64,000 nucleotides of DNA from Candidatus Marinacidobacterales bacterium (GTDB lineage: Bacteria > Acidobacteriota > Vicinamibacteria > Marinacidobacterales > DATDRI01): the NCBI GenBank assembly GCA_965219415.1, contig CBDCNP010000002.1, positions 4,832,001 through 4,896,000 on the forward strand, in the 5' to 3' direction. The first letter of the stretch is position 1. Each line of letters opens with the position of its first letter. The notes below the pieces were generated by a model. That model had not been told where the DNA came from, searched no databases, and worked only from the letters and a program-made list of their open reading frames with translations. This document shows, one piece after another, positions 43,601 through 53,700 of the stretch. The position numbers and the translations under genes are program-made.

Positions 43601-44914
43601 GACGCCCTCGCGTACCACGACCTGGGCGAGCTCAGAATCGCCGCCGGCTGGGAGTACGAGGTGGAGCCCGCAACGCAGGCGGTGGCGTCACTTCAGCGTA
43701 ACGGCTCGCCCCCACCGTTCCCCGACATCACCACGCGCCTGCCCGCAGGTTGGCGCGACAGCGGCAAGCCCCTCGTGCAGTGGGACACCCCGATCCCTCC
43801 CGACGAGGCCTTCGAGATCCTCGCCAAGATGTCCACGTTCCCCGAGACCACCGTCTACAAGCTCGGCGAAAGCTATCTAGGCAAGGATATCTGGGCGATG
43901 GATCTGATGCCGCCGATAGAGGCCTCCCACTGGTCCCACGCCAAGGCCACCACGCTCAAGCCAACTATCATCTACTCCGCGCGGGAGCACGCCAACGAGA
44001 TCTCCTCCACCAGCCACGTGCTGAAACTCACCGAGCGTCTCCTCACCGACGAGCAGTTCCGCCAGAAGCTCAACAAGGCCAACGTGGTGGTCCATCCCAT
44101 CACTAACCCCGACGGTGCGCAGCTTGCGTACGATCTGTACGAAATCACTCCCAAATACATGCTCCACGCCGGGTACTTGGGGGCCCTCGGCGTGGGCGTG
44201 CAGGAGGCCCACTGGGATCCCGATCCCATCTACCCCGAGTCCCACAACCGCCCGAAGCTCTGGAGGAAGTGGCTCCCCGATATCTACCTCAGCCCCCACG
44301 GCTACCCCCACCACGAATGGGTCCAGATGTTCTCCGAGTACGCTGCATGGGTTCGCAAACGAACGACCGAGTCCCACGACTGGTGGGCGACGCGAGGCTG
44401 GTACGCCAGCATCCGCTACATCGAGGACCCGAAGTACCCCCGCCACAAGGAGGCGGCCTTCGAGATCCGCGAGAAGATCACCCAGTACATCAACGCCGAG
44501 CCCGAGGTGATGGCGATGAACCGGCGAGCCTACGACCGCTACCGCCGCTGGGGCGTCGCCTTCGACCCCGAAAACTTCAGGCTCGACTTCACCAACGGCG
44601 TGCTCGCCTACACCGCCATCAAGGGCGTGAAAGCCGACGAGGGCGACAATTTCATGAACAAGAACCCCAAGGTAACCATCTACCGGGGTGGCACCGAGGG
44701 CCCCGACGAAACCGCCTACGGCGATTGGCTGAAGGTCGTGGCCACCGCCGGCTTCCAGTTCGACCGGGCCAACCTCGACTACCTCGTGGAGGGCAACCAC
44801 GTCGTCGAGCGCAAGAGCGACATCTTCTTCCGCGGCGTCCACTTCAGCATGCATCGCCCACGACCGCCAGAAAAGAAGGACGCGCCGTCGCCCACAACGA
44901 GCGGTCGCCCATAA
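40673..44914 (+). CDS. Large secreted M14 zinc carboxypeptidase-domain protein
   Basis: Signal peptide; C-terminal GESYLG, AREHANE, NPDG and PHGY motifs; AAGGAG RBS. Confidence 0.85.
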   Translation: MRQVTYRVPRGATLLVAIVLLAVSGAAVPVLQTAPQDSLTGLEGIFSTGPVLQDRNGDELVDFVEAAIVLGEAPTAQEVAAAADIAARLGHETMAMDVPVASEPGAAATGILIGNGAVARAGLRATEAGVQGLSPGEGVVRMVSGSGRSWVVVAGADDAGTRAAADAFAQRLPHVWDPKGPELKDVAQDVEAFLAEQGVRAQSSEVAGLRVKAGEQGFRLLVVEVELGSASDLNRARGALEELVRSRRGVASGAEAPLSYPGAHMLRVALSAQGADAAEVEVPKVDSVPKEGPIPPRPGSKAKQQLDLSSVYTNEGFFGDSDENLIPDRIDVLLSPSGQGIEGTVDLAARIGLESAGVQIPVAQVPEAIEDPEAAPTLVLIGTDHPLVQQLVQEGKLQLPPLEAGQGLIQVVPKAFGDKSAVVVTGGDGAGVARALRQVAERFPNVWERGKDRTTIEGVEENVYRFLSGRSPAGQAATALYKLDSLVQELSGKDVESAHVLVSVEKPADGLEGIVRQHAQALGAGSLEVTVDNRDVENAAIIYEEEFEVASEVAEFWGIFRSEVVPEVRSGQPVVVELRLSEPPEVRTEIERKAMAELITAGAAESGTQVRVLSAYKQGYSWLHDVVGPELKGQKVGKLTIRFAENGPPPEWKQQAMYAKSRWLMETYPIDEVLARELGLELDQIGFEMMPIGAPTYEAIATAPDGSELLRQTFEPKYVLRSYFDPLPDYEKVRVTTGWLTARVGGDTVVDRRIITDVERFWDHYQEKILQRVYDYVMELTEGNPRSEDAPHFGKIVVELTLSEPNYLVGVDREIIASMESVHEDLYFTTLHFFDVLGQYARGEGLDFPGRVIPIMRPKGDGKAGRAKITFTGFASPRPAVVVKYTERGGGEGKVRRDIRRVDLERPQALAATVRDGRDGIERLELRVKVDTEMDQRAELLKRARVEEVDRRIMSAQQVTALVDNLSRLQQAGLYRDALAYHDLGELRIAAGWEYEVEPATQAVASLQRNGSPPPFPDITTRLPAGWRDSGKPLVQWDTPIPPDEAFEILAKMSTFPETTVYKLGESYLGKDIWAMDLMPPIEASHWSHAKATTLKPTIIYSAREHANEISSTSHVLKLTERLLTDEQFRQKLNKANVVVHPITNPDGAQLAYDLYEITPKYMLHAGYLGALGVGVQEAHWDPDPIYPESHNRPKLWRKWLPDIYLSPHGYPHHEWVQMFSEYAAWVRKRTTESHDWWATRGWYASIRYIEDPKYPRHKEAAFEIREKITQYINAEPEVMAMNRRAYDRYRRWGVAFDPENFRLDFTNGVLAYTAIKGVKADEGDNFMNKNPKVTIYRGGTEGPDETAYGDWLKVVATAGFQFDRANLDYLVEGNHVVERKSDIFFRGVHFSMHRPRPPEKKDAPSPTTSGRP

Positions 44915-45334
44915 GGAGGCGCACCGAAGAGGAGGCTTCTCAGATGCTGGCCATACGCAATGAGGTGTCACCTCAGACGGTGAGCCGCTTCAAGGGGGTG
45001 CCACCCACATAAGGTTTGCTAGGCGAGATCTGGTCGAACTCTACGAAGCCTGCCCGAAAAGACCGCCGAGTACCCCGTCCTGTGCCAAAACTCAGCCCTT
45101 TTGAAATAGACGGTGCTTCCGCCATTAAGTGTTGGTGAAATGGCGCTAAGACTTTACGGTGCATTAAATTACAGCCAAAATAGGGCTCACGACCTTCGCT
45201 ATACGCTAAATGAAGTGTAAGCCCCTTTTTTGCAAAGGGATGCGTACACATCACCAACAGCAAATAGCGCAAGCACCGCGCCATAAGGCACAGCACGACG
45301 ACATGCTCCGTAATTATTTTGAGGTCGGTATAAG

Positions 45335-45539
45335 ATGCAGCCGATGCGCTGGTGGCCAGCCTTACTGATTCTTGTCGGTGCCTTCGTCGTCTTCGCCTTC
45401 ATCTGGGGCGGCGATGCTCCGGTGCGGCAGATGCAAGTCGTCCGCACTGCGCTCACCTTGATTATTTCTACCGGGCTCCTCTTGCTCTGGATTACCTTTT
45501 TCTCGAAGCTCCCCTGGAAGAACCGCCTCCAGGGTTGGG
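45335..45539 (+). pseudogene. N-terminal fragment of a membrane protein, cut by a MITE B variant
   Basis: Two hydrophobic segments, then MITE-derived residues. Confidence 0.45.
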
Positions 45540-45911
45540 TGTGCCTTCTATTTATTCATCCGCGCGCACCGAACTTGCTAAGCTGCTGATTTATGGTCTA
45601 TTTCGAAAGATCCGAGTTTTGGCACAGGACGGGGTCGCCGGGGCTGCGTTGTCTTTGCCATTGTGGACATCGTATCCGCCTTTCAGAAAGTGTCCACGAA
45701 ACTGGATCAAGCCCACTCCTCCATCCTCTCAAGAGTTGGAGTCTCCGGGAAACCCGGGGCGGTTCAAATCTCGTACCTGCTATTATCCAGCGAAGCCCGG
45801 CCGCATCGTACGCGGACGGGGATGGGGCAGGGCTACGTTTTAGTGTCTCACTCGGGGACTCATCTGTTTTATCGGATAGAGGCGACACAGTCGAAAGCAC
45901 GGAGGCAAATC

Positions 45912-46166
45912 GTGAGCGACATGACACCGGAAGAAATGAAGAAAGAACTGGAGCGCTTGCAAGCTGAGAATGAAACGCTCAAGAAGCGCAGTGAGAAAGA
46001 GCTCTCCCTCAAAGTCAGCCAGAAGGGCGGCGTCTCCGTTTACGGACTGGGCCGTTTCCCGGTGACCTTATACAAGGATCAGTGGGAGAAACTGCTCGAG
46101 ATGACAGATGACATCCGCGCCTTCATTCAAGAAAACAAAGCCCAGCTCAAGACCAAGGATTCGTAA
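45912..46166 (+). CDS. Small hypothetical protein (coiled coil plus possible PC4-like fold)
   Basis: GGAGG RBS; LKVSQKGGVSVYGLGRFPVTLYKDQW. Confidence 0.7.
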   Translation: MSDMTPEEMKKELERLQAENETLKKRSEKELSLKVSQKGGVSVYGLGRFPVTLYKDQWEKLLEMTDDIRAFIQENKAQLKTKDS

Positions 46167-46501
46167 CTCGTTTTCTCAAGACCGTAGGGATGTGTCCCGA
46201 GGTCCGTGGAAAAAGAACGGCACCCTCCACTCGGTCATCAGGGTATCAGATCAGGCGGCAACCTCCGCGTGTTCGAGAACCTCGCTCAGACTAGGCTTTG
46301 TCGTCCCGGAACCCATAGAGGATCCCCGTATCCGGGTCCGTCAGGCAGAGCTGAGGCGGATCCCACCAAGTCTCGTGGAAGGCAGGTCTAAACCCCGCAA
46401 TGAAGACTGGATCGACTTTTTGCAGACCACAACCCGGTTCCGATGTTTCATCCGGAATATGCTGCGGTAAACTTCCCCTGCATTGGAATTTAGCATTACG
46501 A

Positions 46502-47101
46502 ATGTCAAAACAGCAACGCCAACACGAGGATTACTGGGGAATGTGCTGGGCTATCCCCTTCGGGCAGCGTATCAACGCACAGGTCCGTTGGAGTCGGCCC
46601 GATGAAGACCCACCGGACGTCGATTTCCATATCCGAAGACGCGATGGAACCGAAATGACGGTCTGGGGCGAAGTGACAGGCGCTTACTACAACTCTAAGG
46701 AAGCTAAGTGGTTGTGGGGAGCGGGGCCTGGAAATGGGGAAGGAAGTGGATATTGGAAACCCGATGCGGTCTTGGGAATCAAAGCCCGAGAGCTGGTCAA
46801 AGGCAAGCGTAAGAAGTATCTGGAACTGGCACAGCGACGGGGGCCAGGGCACTTGTTAGTTTTGTTACACAGTCCCTTAACGACTCGTAGCACGAGGGTC
46901 GAAGCCGAAGGATACATACGAGAGCTGCTAGAGAGCGCACCGAGCCTAGATTTGGATCCGTTTGAAACGGTGTGGCTCGGATATCGCTTGCCGTACACAA
47001 CGCCAGACGAACAAGAAGATCTGCAGTATGTGTTCCGAGATCAAACAGATGGGGAAAGGTTCAACTTCATGAAGTGTATCTGGACCAAGCCAGACCCGTG
47101 A
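46502..47101 (+). CDS. Hypothetical protein with a PD-(D/E)XK-like motif
   Basis: DPPDVDF…WGEVT pattern. Confidence 0.5.
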   Translation: MSKQQRQHEDYWGMCWAIPFGQRINAQVRWSRPDEDPPDVDFHIRRRDGTEMTVWGEVTGAYYNSKEAKWLWGAGPGNGEGSGYWKPDAVLGIKARELVKGKRKKYLELAQRRGPGHLLVLLHSPLTTRSTRVEAEGYIRELLESAPSLDLDPFETVWLGYRLPYTTPDEQEDLQYVFRDQTDGERFNFMKCIWTKPDP

Positions 47102-47333
47102 AACAAAATCACCCCGTGCACTCTCCCGGGGCGATTTTTCCGCTCACCCGATGAGGCGTAGGGCGGCGACCACGAGGCGAACGCCAGCGAAGACGATCCC
47201 GTCCTGTGCCAAAACTCGGACAGCCACGACATCCCCAAGCGCCGGCCTGCGGCCCTTTGGGATGTCGCAAACACAGACACTAAGTTGCTGATTTGTAGCC
47301 TATTTCAAAAGAGCCGAGTTTTGGCACAGGACG

Positions 47334-47623
47334 GGGGCCGCGTTCTCATGAACGCGGAAACGTAGCTTTGATCGTCACGTGGGAGACAAAATGATATCAC
47401 GCTTCAATGGGGCCGCGTTCTCATGAACGCGGAAACCGCGCTCGGGTGCCGACGCGGGTGGCGCAGCGATCGGCGTTGCTTCAATGGGGCCGCGTTCTCA
47501 TGAACGCGGAAACAAACGTTCTCGGAACGGTGACACGGTGCATCGAGTGGCTTCAATGGGGCCGCGTTCTCATGAACGCGGAAACGAGTCGGCGCTTCTA
47601 GGCGCTTGGTTTGGCCTTGTCCC
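47334..47623 (-). CRISPR. Orphan CRISPR mini-array (3 full and 1 clipped 36 bp repeat)
   Basis: GCTTCAATGGGGCCGCGTTCTCATGAACGCGGAAAC at 47401, 47478 and 47550, partial at 47334; spacers of 39, 41 and 36 bp. The reverse complement ends ATTGAAGC, as in type I-G(I-U)-like repeats. Confidence 0.92.
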
Positions 47624-48028
47624 TGTGCCTTCTATTTATTCATCCGCCAGCCCATGGGTCGGAAGTCAGCCCTGCGGCGCGAAATACCCTGGATTCTGCG
47701 CGGATTCCAAGGGCGTCTAAGCTGCTGATTTGTGGTCTATTTCTAAAGGGCCGAGTTTTGGCACAGGACGGGGTGTGCCTTCTATTTATTCATCCGCGCA
47801 GCCCAGGGGTCGGAAGCCAGCCCAGCGGCGCGAAATACCCTGGATTCTGCGCGGATTCCAACGGCGTCTAAGCTGCTGATTTGTGGTCTATTTCAAAAGG
47901 GCCGAGTTTTGGCACAGGACGGGGTCTTGAGTTCGTTTGTATTTTTGGACACGACGGCGTACACGTCATCAACAGCAAACAGCGCAAGCACCCGTGGCGG
48001 CAGGCTCGGGTGTGCCGCCGCCGAACCA

Positions 48029-50150
48029 TCAGAACGAGACGGTTGTGGTCATCGACACCGTCCGCGGCGCGCCGAGCCAGGCGGCGTTCTCGGTGATGGC
48101 TGAGAGGTAGGCGCTGTCGAGCAAGTTATTCACCACAATCGAGAACTCCGTCGATCGGAGCAGATTGCTCAACGCCTCGCCCGAGAAACTGATGTAGGCG
48201 TCCACCAGCCAGTAGGCGTCCGCGTACCAGTCCGCGGTCAGGCTGACACGCCGCGACGACGTGTACTTGGCGGTCAGTCCCGCGCCGAGCGGCCCGCTAC
48301 GGTCAAGCGAAACGACCCACAGCCGGGCCGGCACCCCGGTGACGTCAGTGCCCGCCACGATGCCCTGGTTCGCGTCGACGAGTGAATCGCCGCTCCCGAT
48401 GTACTCCGAGTCATTGAACGTGAAGGCGGTGTAGAAAGACGTCCGATGCGGCATCTGCACTGTCGCCGAAAGCTCGATACCGCTCGTGTCGATACCGCCT
48501 GCGTTGAAGTAGGCTCCGCCTCCTGGGATGAGGTAGTTGGGACCGGCAGGCGTTTGCGGGCCGAGGTAGAAGATCCGGTTCTCGAAATCGATGGTGTACC
48601 AGGTGGCGCTCAATGCCACCCGGTCCCCCGAATACTGCAGCCCGATATCGATGTTCGAAGCGGTTTCCGGTTCGAGCAGGTCAAGACTCCGGCCCGGCAC
48701 CTCAAGCAGCGTGCTGCTGAACGCCTTGAAGTTCTGGGCATAGCCCGCAAAGAAGTCGAGCCCTTCGACCGGCGTATCATATGTGACGCCACCGGAGAAG
48801 AGCAGGTCCGAATCGGAATCGACGGTCAGGTCCGGGTCGACATTGAACAAGTCCTCGCGCGACACGCCCACGAGGAACTGCTTGACGCCGCCGCTCAGCG
48901 CGAACGGGCCAGCGTAGATCGTCTCCTCGACGTACCACTTGAAGACGTTCTGCGGGAAATCCCACTCGTACTGGTGCCAGTAGGCTTGCTCATCCCACTT
49001 GAAGCTGAGCGTCGGGTCCAACATCCGGTGCCAGTCCCGGCCAAGGTCCCGCCGCGAGTCTTCGTACCAGATGCCGGCGCGCAGCGTGCTGCCGGCGTCG
49101 CCGATGGTAGTGAACCACTCCTCGTCGAGCGTCACGCCGACACGGTCCTTCCCGTAGTGGCTGTGGCGGTACGACTGCACCGCAGTAGCGCCGGGGTGGC
49201 ACACCGGGTCGACCTCCGGACCTCCCGAGCCGTAGTAGTTGAAGATGTAGGACGACGTACATCCGGGCATCGGCCCGACAGCAACTCCGTTCCGGTTCAC
49301 GAACCGGATCAAGCCGAGCTGCGCACCGCCCCGGACTGGTGTCCCGCCCATCAACTCCGACTCCGGCCCGCCGCCGTCGTCGGTGACGTCGACGATGTAA
49401 GGGGGCAGCCAGTCGCCGCGGCCCCGGTTGCGATGAAAATAGGCGCCCAAGCTCAGCGAGGTGACGTCGCTGAACGACCAATCCGCCTTCAGGTAGCCGA
49501 ACGTGTTGTTCCGCCGGGTCTGCCAGCCGGGCCGGTAGAACTGGTTCAGGTATGGCACACCGGGCCAGTCGCCGACCAGGCGGTCCCACCGCGGGTTGGC
49601 CCTGAAGTCGACCTCGCTGTAGATCCGCTGGTAGGTGTCCTCGTGGATGCTGTCGTACGAGATGTAGCTGGTCAGATCGAGGCGTCCGTGCGACGAAACG
49701 AGCTTGGCGGCGACGTGCTCCCGCTCGTTCCGCGCGGAGCCCTGCACCCAGTCGGTCGCCTCCTGGCGGACCGTGGCGAGCCAGGCACGCGTCTCACCAC
49801 CGAACAACGATCCGGTGTCGACCCGCATCGAGAACCGCCTGCCGTCGTTCTCGCCGATCGTGGCCGACGCGGTATAGGTCCGCTCCGCCGCCGGATTGTC
49901 CGTCAGGTAGTTGAAGGTGCCACCCAGCGCCTCGACCGATCGGGAGGCTATGTCGGCCGTCCCCTGAGACACCTCGACACCTCCGAGGTTCATCGGGTCG
50001 ATGAACCGGTTCGCCTTGGCACCGCTCCAGTAGTCGGAGGTGCCGTTCGGAAAACCGTCGATGGTTGTGCCGATCTGCGCGTCGTTGATGGTCACCTGAA
50101 AGCCGCGCATGGCGACGTTGCTCGACCAGTCGTCGAAGCCGTAGGCGTCC
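48029..50150 (-). pseudogene. TonB-dependent receptor, 5'-truncated
   Basis: Plug remnant (MRGF..IDG.P..EVSQG..LGGTFN), NNLLD, C-terminal F; cut by the composite unit. Confidence 0.85.
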
Positions 50151-50617
50151 CCCTCCTGTGCCAAAACTCGGCCCTTTTGAAAGACCATGGCTGTAATTTT
50201 AATGCACCGTAAAGTCTTAGCGTCATTTTACCAACACTTAATGGCGGAAGCACCCATGAGGTCTGTGTGAGCAGCAGGGCTGCCCGATCGAACAACGGCT
50301 GCCTGACCAACAGTAGGATTTGCACATGGTACGTCATGATGGATCCGAAGATAACACCCTCGGGCCAGACGATTGTAAAGCCCACAGCCCTTGGCACCGT
50401 CGCAAAACACAGACGCTAAGCTGCTGATTTATCGGCTATTTCAAGAGGGCCGAGTTTTGGCACAGGACGGGCTGTGCTCCGCAAAAAGTCGATCCGGCGT
50501 TGATTCCGCGGGTTAGACCTACCATAGTCGGCTGCTTCTGGCCGGTTTTCTTTTTTGCGGATCACAACAGCCAGCGGCCAACGTGGTCAATACCGGAAAA
50601 TCAGGTGTTGCCTAGCC

Positions 50618-52033
50618 CTAGCTGAAGTCCACCCCGAAGAACAGCACCGCGATGATGATCGCCGCCACGGCCAGCGGCGACACGAACTGAATGAAGAACC
50701 GCCACGCTCCATAGTTGAACCACCTGGGTTCTGAGCCATCCACGAGCTCCCGCTCGGTGTACTTGCGCGTCAGGAACCAGCCCGCCGCGATCGTGATCGC
50801 AAATCCCCCGGTCGGGAGCATCCAGTTCGACACGAAGTGGTCGACCATGCCGAACCAGCTCGCCTTGCCGCCGAAGAGCATCTGGCCGAGCGCGCCGCCG
50901 AGTTGGAGCTCGGTGATCGCGCCGACACCACCGAACGACAACGCGGCGAGGACCGTGAAGGCAAACACCGCACCACCACACAGCAGCGTCGCCGTGGCCC
51001 GCGGCATGTGGTGTTCGTCGATCACGTAGGCAGCGACCACTTCCAGTAGCGACATCGTCGAGGTGAGCGCCGCGAGGGCCACCAGCACGTAGAAGAGTGG
51101 CCCCAGGAATGCCCCGAACGGGACCTCGGTGAAGAACAGCTGCGGCAGCGAGATGAAGAGCATCCCCACAGTGCCCGTGCCGCTGACCTGCTCATCCATA
51201 CCCGGCACGCTGAAGATCACCGAGAACATGATCACCGTGGCCACGAGTGCGATCAGCGTATCGAGCACGACGATGATCGCCGAGGCTTTCACGATCGACT
51301 GATGCGTTGCGATGTACGAGCCGTACGTCACCATCGTGCCCATGCCGAGCGAGAGCGTGAAGAACGCGTGGCCGAGCGCCTCGAGGACGCTCCCCCCATC
51401 CAACTCGCCGAAGCGCGGCAGGAAGATGAAGCGGAGCGCCTCACCGGCCCCGGCCATCTCCAAGGCGGAGACGAGCAGCAAGACGAGGATCCCGAAGAGA
51501 ATCGGCAGAAAGACACGCGCGATGCGCTCGATGCCCTTTTGGACGCCGAAGTAGACGACCGAGACCGTGGCGATACTGAACCCGAGAGACAAGCCAAGCT
51601 GCAGGCCGCCATTGGCCGCCTGCGCACCGAACAGCTCGCCCATCGAGGCGCCCGCCGGGAATCCACCGACCGACCAGCCCGCGGACTTGGCGAAGTAGAA
51701 GAGCGACCAGCCCGCAATCACCGTGTAGTAGCTGAGCAGCAGAAAGCCGCAGAGCACGCCCCAGAGGCCAACGATGTCCCACGCCGGCCCGATGGCCTGC
51801 TTGAGCGCCCCGACCACGCTCTTCTGCGTCGCTCGCCCGATCAGCAGTTCGGCCATCATGATGGGCAGGCCCACGGCGGCGATGCACACGAGGTACACGA
51901 GGACGAAGGCCCCGCCGTTGTTCTCCCACGTGACGAACGGAAACTTCCACAGGTTGCCGAGGCCGATCGCGCTCCCGGTCGCGGCGAGAATTAAGCCGGT
52001 GTTCGAACTCCAATGGCCGCGCGGCTCTGACAT
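50618..52033 (-). CDS. Sodium-dependent transporter, NSS/SNF family
   Basis: GSAIGLGNLWKFP, NGGAF, AFFTLSLGMG motifs. Confidence 0.92.
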   Translation of the reverse strand: MSEPRGHWSSNTGLILAATGSAIGLGNLWKFPFVTWENNGGAFVLVYLVCIAAVGLPIMMAELLIGRATQKSVVGALKQAIGPAWDIVGLWGVLCGFLLLSYYTVIAGWSLFYFAKSAGWSVGGFPAGASMGELFGAQAANGGLQLGLSLGFSIATVSVVYFGVQKGIERIARVFLPILFGILVLLLVSALEMAGAGEALRFIFLPRFGELDGGSVLEALGHAFFTLSLGMGTMVTYGSYIATHQSIVKASAIIVVLDTLIALVATVIMFSVIFSVPGMDEQVSGTGTVGMLFISLPQLFFTEVPFGAFLGPLFYVLVALAALTSTMSLLEVVAAYVIDEHHMPRATATLLCGGAVFAFTVLAALSFGGVGAITELQLGGALGQMLFGGKASWFGMVDHFVSNWMLPTGGFAITIAAGWFLTRKYTERELVDGSEPRWFNYGAWRFFIQFVSPLAVAAIIIAVLFFGVDFS

Positions 52034-52336
52034 GTGTCGTTCTCCGATCGATGGCGTGGTCTACGGGAGGCGATGCGGCCCCAACAGATCCCGGCCCGTG
52101 AAGTCTCGCCCAGTAGACGTTACGTAAATACTCTAAAGGATTTCTGTCGGACCAGCGAGCGGCACGGCAGTATCGCGCGTCAGCACGCCACGGAAAGTCA
52201 TCCGACCGTGGCGGCCGCCACGCACCTGGGTACTGGGTGCTTCCGCCATCAAGTGATGGAATGGACTCCTCCACTGACATAGACGGCATCGATGTGCCAA
52301 AGTCAGTCGAATACGCATCGAAAAGGAGGAGTCCGA

Positions 52337-53368
52337 ATGAAAGATACGACAATCGCTGTGGATCTTGCAAAGAACGTCTTCGAGATTGCCATCTCGGGAG
52401 AAGCGGGGAAGGTGTCCAAGCAACTCCGTGTGAGTCGACCCAAATTGGTGTCGTTCTTTGCCAAACAGAGCGCTGCCACCGTGCTTCTCGAAGCCTGCGG
52501 CTCGGCTCACTTCTGGGCAAGGACGTTCCGAAGGTTGGGACACGACGTCGTCCTGCTCCCACCTCACCTCGTGAGGCCGTATCGACGCGGGAGCAAGAAC
52601 GACCGCGCCGACACGAAGGCGTTGCTCGAGGCCTACAGGAACGAGGAGCTTCTTCCCGTACCCATCAAGTCCGTGCACCAGCACACCCTCGCTGCGCTCC
52701 ATCGCCTGCGCTCAGGATGGCTCTCCACACGGACCGCACGCATCAATGCCGTACGCGGGCTCCTGCGCGAACTCGGATTCATCATCCCAAAGGGCGCTCA
52801 CTTCGTCGTGCCCGCCCTCTTCGAACTCGTCGAAGACGCTGATTCTGATTTGCCCGACGTGCTCCGTTCGCATCTCCGTGATGCCTGCTCCGAGATTCGA
52901 GAACTCAAGGACAAGTGCGCTAGCATCGAGCACGAGCTCAAGGCGCTCACCAAGCAGCTTCCTGAAGTCCAACGACTTCTCGCCATTCCCGGCATCGGAC
53001 TTCTGGCCGCGACCGCCATCGTGGGCTTCGTCGGCGATCTTCGCCGCTTCCCATCGGGGCGCCGCTTCTCGAGCTACCTCGGCCTAGTTCCCAAGGAAAA
53101 CTCCAGTGGCGACATTCGCCGCCTCGGACGCATCACCAAGCGTGGCGACTCCTACCTCCGTATGCTCCTCACCCAGGGCGGGCGCGCCGTGCTCCGCGCG
53201 GCGAACGTCAGCAAGAGCCCGCCCGACAAGCTCCGCGCCTGGGCTCGGAAGGTCCACCGCTCGCGGGGACACAACAAGGCCGTGATTGCTGTCGCCAACA
53301 AACTCGCCCGGATCGTCTGGGCCGTCTCCACCCGCGAGAGTGAATTCCAGTCGCCGGTGGCCGCTTAG
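52337..53368 (+). CDS. IS110 DEDD recombinase/transposase
   Basis: AVDLAK, LEAC, KNDRAD, IPGIG, GLVP..NSSG, AVANKLAR motifs. Confidence 0.95.
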   Translation: MKDTTIAVDLAKNVFEIAISGEAGKVSKQLRVSRPKLVSFFAKQSAATVLLEACGSAHFWARTFRRLGHDVVLLPPHLVRPYRRGSKNDRADTKALLEAYRNEELLPVPIKSVHQHTLAALHRLRSGWLSTRTARINAVRGLLRELGFIIPKGAHFVVPALFELVEDADSDLPDVLRSHLRDACSEIRELKDKCASIEHELKALTKQLPEVQRLLAIPGIGLLAATAIVGFVGDLRRFPSGRRFSSYLGLVPKENSSGDIRRLGRITKRGDSYLRMLLTQGGRAVLRAANVSKSPPDKLRAWARKVHRSRGHNKAVIAVANKLARIVWAVSTRESEFQSPVAA

Positions 53369-53409
53369 ATTTAGAGGCTCCACTTTCGTGTTTTCCTTTT
53401 TCCCTTCCA

Positions 53410-53600
53410 AAAGAGGCTGCGACGATACCCATCCAACTGATGGCGTACCGGTCGGACCGGCGCGGGGTCAAGCCAATAGCAACACTGGCCCTAAGAGGTC
53501 GTTCAAAGTGATTGGCTCCTCGCGCGCGGATTTTCCATCATGGCCCGGAGCACCCAAGACGCTCCTCACTGAGGCCGAAGATACGTTTGCAGTCTGACCC
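53410..53600 (+). ncRNA. Putative bridge/seek RNA of the IS1111 element (boundaries approximate)
   Basis: Contains target-matching TAGCAACACT and AAGTG and donor-matching TTCCATCA and AGATACG segments within stem-loops. Confidence 0.75.
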
Positions 53601-53700
53601 ACTCGTCACGACGCGATGGATGCGCAGCTTCGATGGAAGATTTATTAAGAAAGGGGCGTGACTAGAAAGAAAGGGGCTTGACTAGAGGAGTCCAGATATG

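Larger units (their letters stand above)
52256..53698 (+). mobile_element. IS110-family IS1111-type element inserted in an IS1 right TIR
   Basis: Subterminal IRs TGGACTCCTC (52262) / GAGGAGTCCA (53685); TG core on both sides; the flanks rejoin to an intact IS1 TIR. Confidence 0.9.

Noticed and set aside
40784-44971. Long antisense and alternate-frame ORFs over the M14, TonB (48446-50212), NSS and IS genes
   Set aside because: Shadow ORFs expected in GC-rich coding DNA; no motifs.
47362-47623. Spacers targeting elements within the window
   Set aside because: No match found by eye; an alignment is needed to exclude it fully.
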